Assembly (NCBI GenBank): GCA_023515725.1
Contig: JALDTO010000235.1
Span: 715,381-777,856, forward strand
Length of the DNA: 62,476 bases
Reading direction: 5' to 3'
Source: Amoeboaphelidium protococcarum X5
Lineage: Eukaryota; Fungi; Aphelidiomycota
Below are positions 27,721 to 42,423 of this stretch, one piece after another. The notes below the pieces were generated by a model. It worked only from the letters and a program-made list of their open reading frames with translations. It did not search any database and was not told the origin of the DNA. Position numbers and translations under genes: made by a program. Each line of letters begins with the position of its first letter. Positions within the stretch are counted from its first letter, which is position 1.

Positions 27721-30700
27721 TCATTATTCCATCGTGTCGGAGATTGCATTGGATGCTATGCTACAACACTCTTCATACACCACTCCGAGCTGCTTCTTGA
27801 TCAACTGATTTTCGATTAACTGCATTTCGTGAAGTTCATTTTTCAACTTGTCTAGATCTATCACGCTATTCAATTACTTGTCATCTGTGCATAACGCTAA
27901 ACACTAAGCATCAGAAACTTCAGTTAATTCTTAGACACTTGGCAAAGTAAAATTCTCCCTTACAGAAGCCAAACACTGGACAAACCAAAAGTCAGATGTC
28001 AATAGTTCACTGCCTTTCACATTCAATAGCGCACGTCTGAGTACAGTAGTCAGCATTGTCAAATTCCTATCGCCACTATTCAATCTGGACTGACGACGTA
28101 GCACATCAGCAGCTAATTGAAATCTCTCAAAGGGGACATTTTAGAACTAATTCAGACTTAGACATTCTTCCAACTCAGCGGGGGACACAACTTTATCACT
28201 AAACAACTTTTGCAAAAGTGAAGAGTAATACTTTCCAAATTCAGATTGTTTGATCACCCCGGCTGCCACGATATGTCTCACAGTATCTTCCTGACCAAAA
28301 ACGTCTTTCAATAAGTTGACATAAAATTCACGAACTTCACAGATTTCTAATTGGTCATCAAACAATTACTTGGTAGACTCATTACCCTGGCCACTAGTGA
28401 GTAAAGAAGAGAGTTTACCAATGCTGCATAGCACTTTCTAGTCAAATGCAAGATTTGATCGTACTTGGGCAACTTCAGCACTAACCGCATTCCATTACTC
28501 CTATTTAGCTGATAGTATCCAATGTAGATCGGACCTTTCAGCTTTTTTGACGAAGGACTTGATAAAGCTATAATACTTTGGACTCAGGTCGAAAATAACT
28601 GAATACTTCTTCTTACGCAAACTCCAACCAATCAAGTACTAAGCAAAAACCTCACCATAAAGATGCAGCAACGCCTCATACTGAACAACTCGATTCGGAT
28701 GATACTCATAGATTAACGACACCAGTTTATCAAATAACTCATGCTTCTCACACAGCCTAGATGCCTGTTCAATCATTTCAGCATCCACAAGCTTGGTGAC
28801 GCACTCTTCATTGATAGACTTTGCCATCTTTGATTCTTGAAGTTGAAACTTGACTACAGATTCAGATATAATAAGAATAAAGTCTGCATATTAGATCATC
28901 TGCGACTTTAAAACTCCAGCCAAAAGAGATTGATTGTTAAAGTCAACATCTTGATAATCCAGTGATACAGGGTCAATAGGAGCAATAGAGCTGGTATTCA
29001 ACTAGGACGCCAGCTTCTGTAGAGATTACGCAGACAATCTAAACTGGTCCAACAAGATGCTTTACAATTCCACATCAACAAACCAGGCAGGAGTTTAAGA
29101 AGATTAGTACACGGAGTAAGCTTCAGAATACTCAGACACATTATTCAACGACGCAACGCTATATAGCATAATCTTGTTGAATTCAATCAACTTACCCACC
29201 TAATTCCCAATCTAATCTTCTTCACATCTGCTGTGAACTTATTTCACAAAATCCTTTACATCAGACGAGTGCTTTTTAAAGAATTACTTGATTGCAGCAA
29301 ACCCAGCGACATTTTCTTACTTACTTCTGCATACAGCTTCTATAGCAGAGGTGAATGCTGTGGACACCATCTTGATCACACTATCATTCTGCGTAGTAGC
29401 CAGTTGTCCAATAATGGTGGTATGATAATGATAAAGCTAAATCGCATTGACTACATAACAGTATTCATTAAATAACTAGACTTTCTGCTAATCTGAAAAC
29501 CGAGTAAAAGGCTCAATGATATTGCATAGAGACTCCAACGCCAGTTTTCTATCAATCAAGGACGAGTGAAGATCTTTAGACTATAACTGGATACAATCAC
29601 ACTGGAGAATGTCACTGCTGAGTTCAACGGCAGCTTAAGCACATATATCATAATCCCTAATAGCAAACTCGGCAATAATTGGAGAATCAACACCAGAATA
29701 GAAAACAGCCTTCTAAAGCTAACGTTTAGCTGAGTTGAAAGCTACTTATGATGTCTCAGAGTGTGAAGCAGACAACTATAACAGATACTTGTTAATAGCC
29801 GGCACATCAATATTCAGTTATAACAGGCCAAGCTATACACTTAGCGCCAAAAAGTTAAAGTGTCCATTCTCCACATACAAATGACCATTTTAAAGTAGTT
29901 CATAGCCCTCCTTGAAGTGTATCTACTCTTGTAATTTCAATAACTCTGGGCTTTTAGTATTAATACAAAGAGTGATGATGGAGGTGTCCAGCAATATAAT
30001 CACAATCTACCCTGAAATGTGGACGGTCATATCTGACACTTGTTCAATAGGCACAGAGTATTCTACGACCACATTCTCCTACAAAACATTACCAGTCGAT
30101 CTATCAAGCACAGATATACCGATACGAGCACGTTCTTGATGAGATGCACCCTCGACAAAAGCATGTACCAAGATTAATCTGTCGTGCATTACGTGAATCT
30201 TCACCAATTTTCTACTACTGAATCCACTAGGCAACATGAAATCAGACTTCTTCTCAAAATTGGATTTAATGCCGACATAATGCACGATGCGGTCACAATA
30301 CATCAAATAGAGATCAGTCTAACTTCTATGCACATTATACGCCAAATCAATCACAACGTTTCTATCAGCATCTCTACCACCAGAACTAACCCAGCTGGCC
30401 ATTTTACGGAATAAAGATTTGGATTGAAGAATGTGCACCGTGACGTATAACTTTCCATCAGCACTGTACTTGACAGTCAGGTGGAATATCTGAGATTCCG
30501 ATACTGCCAGATATCCATCAACACCAATAGAGAATAAGTCAGATACGAGATCGCCACTAACAAGACCGAGACGGATATAAGCAACCTCTTTAAATCCTCC
30601 ATCAGCAGTGTCACCATCATTCAAATGAGTCATCTCATACACCGTGAGCTCACCCTCTGCGGTACAGATCATAATCACATTCTTCATCTTTGATGAGAGC

Positions 30701-31083
30701 ATACTCAACTGCGGTAAACTAGTATTGGAAGTGGCATTACTACTCAATACTGATGAAATTTACAGCTATTATTATTGTTACTACTACTATTTCTAAATCT
30801 TGTCATCGGCAGTGAGAGAACGTCCAGCCTGTTTCTGGAGAAATACAACGTGTGGAACATGACTGGTGTTACTCAGCACAATAGAATCCGTTACACCACC
30901 CATCAAGCAATAGATGACATCATTAAACGCAATTGCCATTTGATTCTCAGACGCTATATAGCATTTAACTTACGGATTTTCAGCATTCAGCTCCTATTCA
31001 ATGTACTCTGCCAACTCTGCATTCAACACATCTCTCTGCGATCTCAGTTTATAAAGGTTGTCCACCACCAATGTCTGCTGCAT
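27721..31083 (-). CDS. Nucleoporin Nup133-like protein (~1120 aa)
   Basis: All track fragments share one code-6 frame; beta-rich N-half, helical C-half with LCEKHELFDKLVSL, LHWIL, KVLCSIGKL resembling the Nup133 C-terminal domain. Confidence 0.65.
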
Positions 31084-31342
31084 CTCTCTGAATCACTACT
31101 TATGATAGATAGAATTTTCAAGTGGATTCCCAAACAAATAAGTCTTAAAAGTCACGTACAGTACGGCAAAGTTTTGTACCAAGTATATATGTTCTTTAAA
31201 GGCGAACAGATCTTCAGAATTAGAGTAAAGTAACGAGAGAACGAGAATTTACTTCCTCTTAAAAATCGCCTTGGGATCGAAACTCGCGTAAAATATCTTT
31301 TCGCTTATTAGTACTAAATCCACTATCGCTCTTCTACTCATA

Positions 31343-31723
31343 ATGGTAGGATTCCTATTAATTAGAGGCTAAAATGAATAATAACAATCATAGTGTTTGT
31401 AGGAATCTCAGTCATTTATAGTATCTCAGGTTGAGCAACTTTAGTCTAGATTCATCGGAACGGGACACGAAGACACGAGCAGAGAGTAAGCATATCGTTA
31501 TTATAAATGACAAGAGTGGATATTTCAACATTGTACGCATGTGTGTAGTGAATGGTAAAGGACTATTCATAATGACACGACTCATGCAATTCTGGCCAAT
31601 GAATCTCTTGCGCTATACGTTGCCACTGCAGAGAGTGTATCTACCGCGCGATTAAAACATAGACTCAAATCGCGAATTGCCCACCTCCCATCCATGCTTG
31701 ATGTAAAGTAGTAATAACAGTGA
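31343..31723 (+). CDS. SF3B5: Splicing factor SF3b subunit 5 (SF3b10), 2 introns
   Basis: SQVEQLQSRFIGTGHEDTS.DEW...H.D...YVATAES.S.AR; first intron directly follows the ATG; absent from the ORF track. Confidence 0.85.
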
Positions 31724-31951
31724 TGTTTTGACATTTAATACACTCGATTTGTATTGTATATAAACATGACTTTTACTGAATGTAAATCAAGATTATAGAA
31801 ATTGGCAATAGAGCAAGTAATAACCAAATCGCACGTATCAATTAAGTATATTCATCCGTAAACGTATCAGTGTTTAAAGTCGCTAAAGACAAAGAGGGGA
31901 CAGTAGGTATATAAGCAGGGTAACAGACAGACAGCAGATACACCCACCCAC

Positions 31952-32843
<892 letters not shown>

Positions 32844-33620
32844 ATTCTTCCTCTGTAATCTTCTTGTTCTTATTAGTATTAACAATGAGTTGAATCACAG
32901 AACTTCAACACAATACGCTGTTATTATTATTACTACAAAAAAGTAACAGAAAGACAGACGCAACACAGACAGACGGAGAAGATCGACTTGAAGAGTGTGT
33001 TTTAAGGAGAGAGGCTCTAAGACGAAAAGACTAGAGAGAGCGATTGTTGGTGCTGGCGCTCTTTCGTTCGTTTGGTCGTCAAGTTTCGGGTGATTGGCAG
33101 GAAAGATTGAAAATTATTACAGGCGTCAACACTGCTGCCGGCTCTTTTCCCTTATTGGAAACGTGCTTCTTATCACCCATTTTCGCACCTGTTGATGGAT
33201 TTAGTATGTATCTGATTGCTGTTGTAATTCAGATTATGGCGGCTTTTAGATATGTGAAGATGACTAATGATTGTCTGGCGTCAATTAGCTAAGCTCTTAT
33301 CGATCGTTGCCCATTTTCACAAACTTTTTGGTTATATTCGTCTTAGAACAGCATGCACTCGAATTATTAAGATCAACCTTCTTAGATATATGTGAATATG
33401 AATCTTCAAAGTAGCCATAACATGCTTGTTCGTCATGCACACCGTACATATGAAGGCGATTTTACAGTGCCTTTAATACACATCGTTTCAGCCTGGTATG
33501 ATCAGAAAAGCCCCTGAACAAGGCGCGTCGCTCTCTTATCATCACTCTTTTCTTTTCTTTGATCCCCAAAGCTCATCACTCATTGTGAAATATACCATTT
33601 TATATACAGAATATTTGAAA

Positions 33621-34376
33621 ATGAGCGATTGTGAGCATGAAGATAATTAAGCACCAGCTGCATCTATTAAATAAGCGAAGAAAAAGCGCCATGTTTATGA
33701 AAATATTGAAAATTTACCGGTTGCAGAGTTATGCAAGAGCACTTTTGCTGCAGTTGGTGAATAGCCCATGATGAAAAAATATAGAAAAAGCTCTAAGAAA
33801 CGTCAGGAATAGGTGAATGACGCTAATAATAATGAAGCATAAGCTGAAGAATAACAAGAGGCATAATCTCAAGAGTCCGCTGGTCCTAAAGTCCGTATCG
33901 TGGATGGTAAGATGGTGATTGATGAATAATCTCTGATACAGAATAAGCCGGAATTGTCACAGAATGGACTCGTGAAAATAGTTGAAGAGGATCGAAATTA
34001 GTAGCACACCACCAGTGCATCATACCTGCCTGAGCACAAGAGAAATAACAGATCGAAATGGACAGTTGCCGATACTGAACTATTTTATGATGGCCTCTCT
34101 GTATTTGGTACTGATTTTGGAATGATATCACGCGTGATTTTTCAAAATACGAAGAACAGGCGATAAATTAAACTGAAATTCAACCAGGAAGAGCGACGGA
34201 ATGGGCCGCGTATTGATATGGCTCTGAAAACAAAGAAAGCGTTGGCGGATATTGTACTCCCGCATGATCAGGAAAATGCGATTGATGCTGAAGAGAATCG
34301 CGGTGATGCTAATTCTGACGACGTGGTTGTTAATCTTGAAGCTACGCAACAAGCCGACGAGACTGAGTAGCAGTGA
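33621..34376 (+). CDS. BDP1: TFIIIB B'' subunit (Myb/SANT domain)
   Basis: PKVRIVDGKMVIDEQSL, KWTVADTELFYDGLSVFGTDFGMIS...RRQIKLKFNQEERRN. Confidence 0.88.
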
Positions 34377-34507
34377 CCTTGTGTAAATATACTGAAAGTT
34401 TGTTAAACGCGTGTAAGAATTGTTTTCACTTTAGCCTTTTGACTTATCTCGTTTCACCATTCGTGTTCTAGTCACCTCCTCCAAACAATTCAGAAGACAG
34501 TCTTACC

Positions 34508-35850
34508 ATGAAATCTTTGTTTAAAGATCTTGAAGTTGGCTTTCCAACTGAACCGCTAGAGGCGGAAGTCCAAAGGGTGAAAATGAACCATCAGAGGAAT
34601 GTGGTACTGCAACTTGTGGATGAATCGGGCGATGAGATTATGTGTACATGCTGGGATAACTATGCTGAGTCTGCAGGTAATTTACAGGTTGGTTGCACTA
34701 TAAGAATAGTAAATTTTAAGGTGAAACTGGATAATCATGGTCAAATTGAAATAGTCTTAAATGGTGACCGTAAACCTTCGACTATGGGCAAGAAATTGAC
34801 TTTGATTTCTGAAGGCGCTGAAACGCGATAAACACGGCCGCCGCCTACTACTCCACCTGTATTAGATTAAACTGCAAACTTTACATTGATTAAAAATTTA
34901 CAGACTGGGACATACATTTAAAATGTGTTTGAAGTACTTAATGTGAAATTGGGGAATGTGGCGAATCTTACGCTGACAGACTATTCAACAGATGCGAGGT
35001 AAGCTTGACTTCTAGTATTAATGTTGCACAATGAATCCTTTGTAGAAGTAGTACTGATGAACTTGAACCTTTTGCAACTATCATATGTGGATGTTTTGAC
35101 AATTATGCATAAATGGCAGAGACCAGCATATAAAATGGAAGTATTCTTCTAATTAAGGACGCGTTTGTCAAAAATGATCATAGAGGAGAACTTGAGTTGG
35201 TCTTACGGAGTGATTCTCATGGACGAAAGGTTACTATTCTCCCTCCGGATTCGCCATTAGCCTCAGCATTATTGGCTCGTCGAAAAAAGCTGCGCAAGTT
35301 GGATTTACCATTATCGGCTTGTAATGATTAGTCTCAATCTACCGCGTAGAGTGAGCTTGCAGCTGATTCTGAAGAATAGAGACCCATTGATTATTTGACT
35401 GATTTAGCGCTGTTGAAACACTGCCGTTAGCTGCCTGTTAGATGTAGAATAAAATTAAGAGTTACTGGATGGGAGCCATAAGATATCCAGTAGATGAGTT
35501 AAAGGATTTGTACTAAATGTTATGTCGTTTTTAATAACACGAACTAAGCTATGAGAGCTTGTCAGTGCACCAAGAAAAGTTTTAGCATACAGTTCATGTT
35601 TCATCTGTTTGGTATGGATGACTAGAATAGCTAGATGCCGATTCTAATATGTAATGAAGATGTGAATAGTCTACTTAACGCGTAAATAAATGCCGAAGCC
35701 GTGTATATGAACTCATCGTTCAAAGACGCGAATGATTTGAGTAGGAAGCTGAACAGACTATTGAATCAGCAATGTGTATTCACCGTACTGATAATACCAC
35801 ATCAGAACTTTTTAATTGCCAAGTATCTATCTCACGAGAAGGTGGCATGA
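34508..35850 (+). CDS. POT1-like telomeric ssDNA-binding protein (tandem OB folds plus C-terminal OB with Zn ribbon)
   Basis: CWDNYA...G.IEIVLNGD and LTLTDYS...CFDNYA...GELELVLRSD resemble POT1 OB2; IKLRVTGWEP...ICTKC resembles the POT1 C-terminal OB; intron 34999-35045. Confidence 0.65.
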
Positions 35851-35926
35851 ATTAATTACGAAATAAACATTTGATTCTATATTTTAACTGGTTCAATCGT
35901 GTGATACTTTCCATGATTAATTATAC

Positions 35927-36903
35927 TCAAACAGCTTCAGACAACAATTCAGGATAAGACTTGATGGGAGCAATAGGACGGCACAAAACCCATACCGCGT
36001 TAACAAATACGTTACCTCTTCCATAAGACAGGTGCTAATTATCTGACGACCATTACCGCTTTATATGCTCATTAGTGGTCATATCTTGAGATATAAGCCA
36101 CGTATGGTAACCGAATAGCACTGAGAGACTAAAGAAAAAGCCTGCGCACAATACTGACAGCACAAGAGTGATTGGAGATTCAGCAATAACCATAAAGACA
36201 CCACCATCAGTCCGCATGCCTTAAACAACTAAGTGTATGATAGGGAAGACAAAACCGAATCCATCCAAGATATACGTACTCACAATGAACAAATAAAAGT
36301 ATTTATAGTTCCGCCTGCCAACACAATTCGCCATCCAAAGACAATGATGATCCATACGGTCTATACATCTGTCACAGATACTACAATGGGTACAGCGCGG
36401 TGGTCGCCATATGTGACAAGTTTCACAAAACTTTTGATTTATAGTCTCCCCATTCACAATAATCTCCCGTGGCTCAGTATGAGGTGTAAATCTGACCAGT
36501 TGATGTGAAGCCTGCGACGATGACGATTGACCAGTCTCAGATAAATCCTACTACAAAGGATGTGCATCATGTTAAGGATTCAGCATATCAGTGCTGCCGT
36601 AAGATGTATGCGAATGAATAGCATTCCGAGGAAGCTCTCCAGGATCTGAGAGGCCAGTTTTTAGAATATAAACGTTCGTAGACAGGTGTAGTATCACAAA
36701 TATTACAATGACAGCTACAGACAAATTTTACACAATCCAGACAGATCTACAATACAGTACACGTAAACATTACATTATGCCTTAATCTGTTGATGTTGAA
36801 GATACAATTACTCTGAAATATAGAATAGAATGCATAAAGCATTAATCATGAATATGGCTCCGATAAATACAAATCTATCTCTCCTCTTCCAAAAATCCAC
36901 CAT
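35927..36903 (-). CDS. DHHC palmitoyltransferase (Erf2/ZDHHC9-like)
   Basis: SDPGELPR, KFCETCHIWRPPRCTHCSICDRCIDRMDHHCLWMANCVGRRNYKYF, TTNE; one intron near 36750-36812. Confidence 0.92.
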
Positions 36904-37448
36904 TCTTATTTTCTTGCGTAGAGTTCAACTTTGGTGAAACGAAAGAAGCGACAATAACGTCTCAGCATTATTGAGTGAATCTCACAATGGTGAACAACAA
37001 ACCGTACGCGTTCACATCTGAGTCAGTTTGATTATTGGCGTATCATCCCTTCATTTCTAAAACGTGCTCATTTTGCGACTTTTAAAAATGTTTGAACGGT
37101 GTCTCGTTAAATACATAGAAGGTCAATAGCTGGCTTCAGATTTTGTCATCAGCAACCCAATTAAAGTGATGAAAATTGGAACATGACACGCAGTTAACTC
37201 GTGGTCATTACCGTAATATTAAACTTTTAATCAACAGTGACAGACAATATTCGTTCAATATAGAACGCGTATCCCTGCACTGAATGCCTCAATCACATGA
37301 ACAGTACAGTTGTTGCGTTTAGCAAAATTTATCAGCGAGCTTTCATGGCGCAAAGTTTTCTCGCACGAACGAAAATTTTAGAGAACGCTTCCCTTTCTGT
37401 CTTTCTGCAAAGTGTGCTTAATAAAGCTAGAGAATACCGTCATTCATC

Positions 37449-38127
37449 ATGTTGCGCTCAGTGAATGTAAGATTTATTTTGTCGTCATATTAATTATCAC
37501 ATATAATTTTAATCCTTTTTGTAGATTGTGAGAACGATGGCTAGCCAGGCTTCGGTAAAATTACCGTTGCAGTTGTATGGAATTGAGGGTCGATATGCAT
37601 CCGCGTTATTTCAGGCCGCAGCCAAGTAGAACTAGTTGGATTCTGTGGAGAGTGAACTTAAGCGCGTTGTGTCTGCAATTCAGAAGGACCAGAGCATGAA
37701 GCAGTTCTTGGAGAATCCGCTGCTTTCCAGAGATCAAAAGGTGAAGGGAGTCAATCAGATGCTGTCTTCTGGAGGCAAGTACTCGGAGATCACCAAGAAC
37801 TTCTTTGCAGTTCTGGCGGAGAATGTCCGTCTTGGAGTTACCCTGAAGATTGCAGACTCATTCTTTTAGCTGATGGGTGCACATAGAGGTGAGGTGGTTG
37901 TCCATGTCACTTCTGCCAAGCCGCTGGATTCTAAACTGTAGAATCAGTTGAAGAGTGTTTTGCAGAGAACCTCGCTGGGAAAGAAGGCTGATAGTGTCAA
38001 GATTGAGAGCAAAGTTAATCCTGCCATCCTGGGTGGTTTGATTGTGGAGTTTGGTGAGAAGACTATCGATCTGTCCATCTCCTCTAGATTAACCAAATTG
38101 AACAAGATGTTGACCGATTCAATCTGA
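37449..38127 (+). CDS. ATP5: Mitochondrial ATP synthase OSCP subunit
   Basis: LYGIEGRYASALF, HRGEV...TSA, VNPAILGGLIVEFGEKTIDLSI; intron ~37467-37525. Confidence 0.95.
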
Positions 38128-38833
38128 AATATCTCTAGGATGAGTGACTGAATTAAAGAATAAATCTCCAATTGATAAGAAATTATACGAATTCAAGATT
38201 TTCCCAGTCTTTGTCCCCAGCACAGACTGGTGAAAGTTAGTAATCGTCTTTGATGTGAAATGCCAGGCAAGTCGTGTCAGTGTTTAAATGCGGGTCTAGT
38301 GGAAGGCATTGATGTCTATGTTAAGCATGATATAAAGTATTGCCATATAAAAATAGATATAGAGATTTGACGCGGTGCTCAATCTGCGAGACGCTCCCTA
38401 ATGCAGATTAGTTACGTACCGCGTCCAACTTTTAATCGAAACCGCACTTTGAAAGCCAATGATGGTGTTGTAGCGGGTTCTTCTATGGCGACCAAATACG
38501 GTTCAAAGATTGACTGTTGAGTTTTATATTCACATGCATTGTATTATAAGTTTGGAATTTGAACTGAATCAGAAAAAGTAAATGCTCCACTGTTAATGAG
38601 TTGCATTTGCCAATCTAAGAGCGCTCGTTTATCAAACGCACTGTAGAAATGTAATCGCCAGTAAAATTACGGTATTATAAACAAGGTTAGTAAGACCGAT
38701 TGTCTAAGTATATCTAAAACAATAGTTTCGGAGTTTATAGCAATAACATTTACAGCGATCAATACGTTATAAGGGGTTCTCTTTACGCGCTCTGAATGAC
38801 TTTAGATTGAAACTATTTATCTGTAATATCAAA

Positions 38834-40066
38834 ATGGGACATGCCTAAACGCGGTAGAAATAATAAGAATGTGTAATGTCAGATGTTAAATTCTTGGGCG
38901 ATATCCAGTTGCCTCTATCTACAAGCGGTAGACATGTTCAAGATAAAGATTCTAACAGAGTGCGTTTTCGCGGTTGCAATTGGTCAGCTGTCCAAGCGTT
39001 AATGATTCCAGAGGGTCTGGCAGACTACTCCATTAAAGAGAATGCACGTATAATTAAGCATGAACTTGGTATGAACATAGTAAGGCTAGCTATCTCATCT
39101 CAGCTGTTCGAGAGTATTCACGTCAAGCTTAATGACATAGTTCGCGTTGGGGAGAACATCTCGCCTGCAATGTGGGAGAGAGTTTTGTATAATCATCCAT
39201 GGATCGATCCTTCAGTTACAACTGTCCTTGACGTACTGGATGCTACTATAAAAGCTTTGAATGATGAAGGTATTATGGTAAACTTGGATAATCACATCAC
39301 CACGGCCAAATGGTGTTGCTGCATTTCCGATAACAATAGATGGTGGGGAGAGTCAGAGTTTGGCGTTGATGAATGGCTTGAAACACTCAAACTGATGGCC
39401 ACAATGGCAAAAGAGAGATGGTCTTCTAATGTTATTGGCATTGGATTGAGGAATGAACCTGCTTATCCTCGCGCCATTGACAAGTGTCATAATAAAGAAT
39501 GGTTCAAGTATATGCGAATGGGTGCGGAGTTAGTTCATAAGGTGGCGCCTGAGCTGTTGATCTTTGTGGGAGCACAAAACTTTGCTATAGACTTGACAGC
39601 TTTGCGATGGTAGTCATTTGTAACACGCGAAATGACCTAAAACTTCCCAATCCTGGAGAGTAAGATCATGTTTGAAGTTCATACTTATCCATTCCATTTC
39701 GGAAATGTACGAATCTCTTCCTTTGTATGGCGTCAAACATGGGATCTGCTGTGGGGCTACCTGCTGAAGCGAGACGTTCCAATTTGGCTTAATGAGTTTG
39801 GACTTGATCTGGATGACTGGCAAGACGGAGCGCCGGCTTCGAAATAAGAGCGAACGTTTCTCCTTGCACTTAGTAAGTATATTAAACTGAAAGATCTCGA
39901 CTACTGCTGGTGGGTATTGCATTCGCGTTACTACCATCGTGAAGGCTAGTTGGAAAGTAATGAATCTTATGGATTGCTCAGGATAAAGTAGGATAGTAAT
40001 ACCGACACGTCTTAATCAGTTTGTGGCAATGTTAAGAATACTGATCTTTTATCATTTCTACCTTGA
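38834..40066 (+). CDS. Glycoside hydrolase family 5 (cellulase superfamily)
   Basis: GCNW, MNIVRL, LDNH...WCC, acid/base GLRNEP, EVHTY, nucleophile IWLNEFG, WW. Confidence 0.9.
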
Positions 40067-40260
40067 AAAGGTTAGATTTCGCCAGTAAGAGCCTGCTTAA
40101 ACTCATCAGACCATTAGATTGAGACCTATGATTGTTATGTATTATAAAGTGTAAGTGGTGCGTGCTTTTAGTCAGCTTACAGCATTGTATGATAATCTAA
40201 ATGAGGCGCCTCAACTTTAATTTTCGATCTCTTCTTGTTTCACCTCCCAAAAATAATCTC

Positions 40261-41485
40261 ATGGAGACAGAATCAGAAAAAAGTGGTATGCAAAATCTTA
40301 ATGATGGAATCAGCTCTGTCGCTATAAGTCCTACTACCGCTAGCTTCATTGCTGGGACTCTGGGAGGACTTGCTGGAGTCATCGCTGGCCATCCATGTAA
40401 GTTTTGTCTCTTTAAAAGGTTCTACTCACCACTAAATCTGTACCAGGAGTGTAGTTGATACGATTAAAGTTCGTTTACAGAGCTAGAACTCTTTGAAGCC
40501 CAAATATTCTGGGACTTTAAATTGTCTTCTCACAATCATCAAGGAGGAGAAAATTTTGGGCCTATATAAAGGTAATCTCTGTCTGGCAAGTTTATGATGT
40601 TTAATCATTTATTATCACTGATTGATGATACTGATCGTTTAGGCATCTCAAGTCCATTGATTGGCGTTGCTATCGTGAATGCTTTACTTTTTGGTGTGTA
40701 TGGTGCAATACTGCACGCGTAGATGGGCAGCAAATACAATGCAGTGGATGAAAATGGCTTAGTTCATCAACCTACCTTATCTTAAATTTTTGTGGCTGGT
40801 TCTGGTAGCGGTTTTGTCAATAGCATCATTAGCAGTCCCATGGAGTTGATCAAAATCAAGTTGCAAAATCAAGGTGCGCCAGGTCTCTTTCAAACAACAA
40901 CTTAAATCGATATTAATTCTGCCTCTAAAAAGCTGAACATGTATTCTTGTGCTAGGTAGATTTATAGTGCTAATGGATTCCGAGGATTATCTCGTGGTTT
41001 TACTGCCACGGTGATTCGTGATACTCCTTCATACGGAGCTTATTTTGTATCGTATGAAATATTGTGCAGATATCTCGCCCCACCTGGCACTGACCCAAAA
41101 GAATTATCCGGAGCTCGTCTTATGCTAGCAGGTAAGTCGAGTAATATCCTATTTTAATCTCAATTATGTTCATTCAAATAGTGTAGGTGGACTTGGTGGA
41201 ATCATTGGATGGGCTTCGACTTATCCGGCTGATGTGGTCAAAACAATAATTCAAACTGATCCCAATTTGACGTAGAAGAACTCCAAGCCAATTTAAATTT
41301 CAGATTGTCTCAAGGGCCATTTGGATGGTAGATACGGTAATGGTATGCAGTCTTTATTCAAAGGTTTATGGGCCACCATCTTACGCGCGTTTCCCACCAA
41401 TGTCGCGATACTCTCCACGTATCATGTCACGATGGAATACTTTAGGAAATCTGGCTTGATGCAAAACACCTCAGAAGATGGTTGA
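40261..41485 (+). CDS. Mitochondrial carrier (SLC25A29/45, basic amino acid/carnitine type), 3 introns
   Basis: GHP.DTIKVRLQ, SPMELIKIKLQ, RDTPSYGAYF, YPADVVKT, RAFPTN. Confidence 0.9.
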
Positions 41486-41601
41486 AGTGAAAATCAAGCG
41501 GTAAATATCAATGATAAAAGTGTTGAACTACTCAACTTAAATGCAAATAGAAAATAGTCATAAAGTCAACTATAAGTGTATATTTCCAACTCAAGTCATG
41601 A

Positions 41602-42084
41602 TCAAACCAGAGTCTCATAAGGAATTGGCTACAAGGTGGAAGGAATGTTGTCCTTAGTCGATACAAAGTGTCCAGTCTTTGGAAGCTTTGGCAGCCTCTT
41701 AGTATTGACGAATTCACCAGTCTCCTTTGCCTTCTTCTTCAGCTCGGCATTCTTCTTGACACGGTTGAGGAAATCATCGCGACACTTGGAGTGCTTCACA
41801 TGCTCAATACGCACATTGATACGCTTCTCCATGTAGCGGTTACCGACAATCTTGTTGACAATAACACCGACAGCGCTCTTGGTAACATTGTATACAATTC
41901 CCGTTCTTCCATGATAGAATTTGTGTGGCATACCCTTGTGCACGGCACCATTTACCTTAATGTCCACAATGTCTCCAACCTTGAAGGTGCGCATGTATGT
42001 AGATAATCTGATCATACCATGCTCGCGAAAGTTACGAGCAAACTTATAACGGGTACGCGCTCTTAGACCAAATGAGTGAGGCAT
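41602..42084 (-). CDS. RPL21: 60S ribosomal protein L21 (eL21)
   Basis: [12 protein letters not shown]...[13 protein letters not shown]; extends through TAG to [12 protein letters not shown]. Confidence 0.97.
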
Positions 42085-42423
42085 TTTATTATTGTGATTT
42101 TTATAATCTAGGTGTGATCTCTTTGGTTCTACTAAAAGTAATAATCACAAGAAGGGAAAGTGGCAGAGAATTTTCTTCGCGTCGAGATCAAAAATCGCTC
42201 CTTTCTAAGGCTCGACGTAACCCAAGAAGAATTTTTCATCCTGTCGCTTCAATGTTCATCACTGTCGCCTCGAGAAGATGAAGAATTTGAAGAATTAAAC
42301 GCGAGAGACAACCGACCGAAATCTGATCGCGCCGGAGCGTAAAGAAATTTCTTCGGTGCTCACAGTGATTATCGCTCACCCCGAACTCAATCTATTCTTT
42401 TGCTGCCTAATAATAAACACAAA

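Noticed and set aside
33206-33517. 103-aa code-6 ORF between RAC1 and BDP1
   Set aside because: No recognisable motif; with a single stop codon, ORFs of this size arise readily by chance. Needs RNA-seq.
36904-38833. tRNA (e.g. suppressor tRNA-Gln) or other ncRNA in the longer intergenic gaps
   Set aside because: No cloverleaf or box A/B pattern, or other recognisable RNA motif, was visible by eye; Infernal/tRNAscan-SE would be needed.
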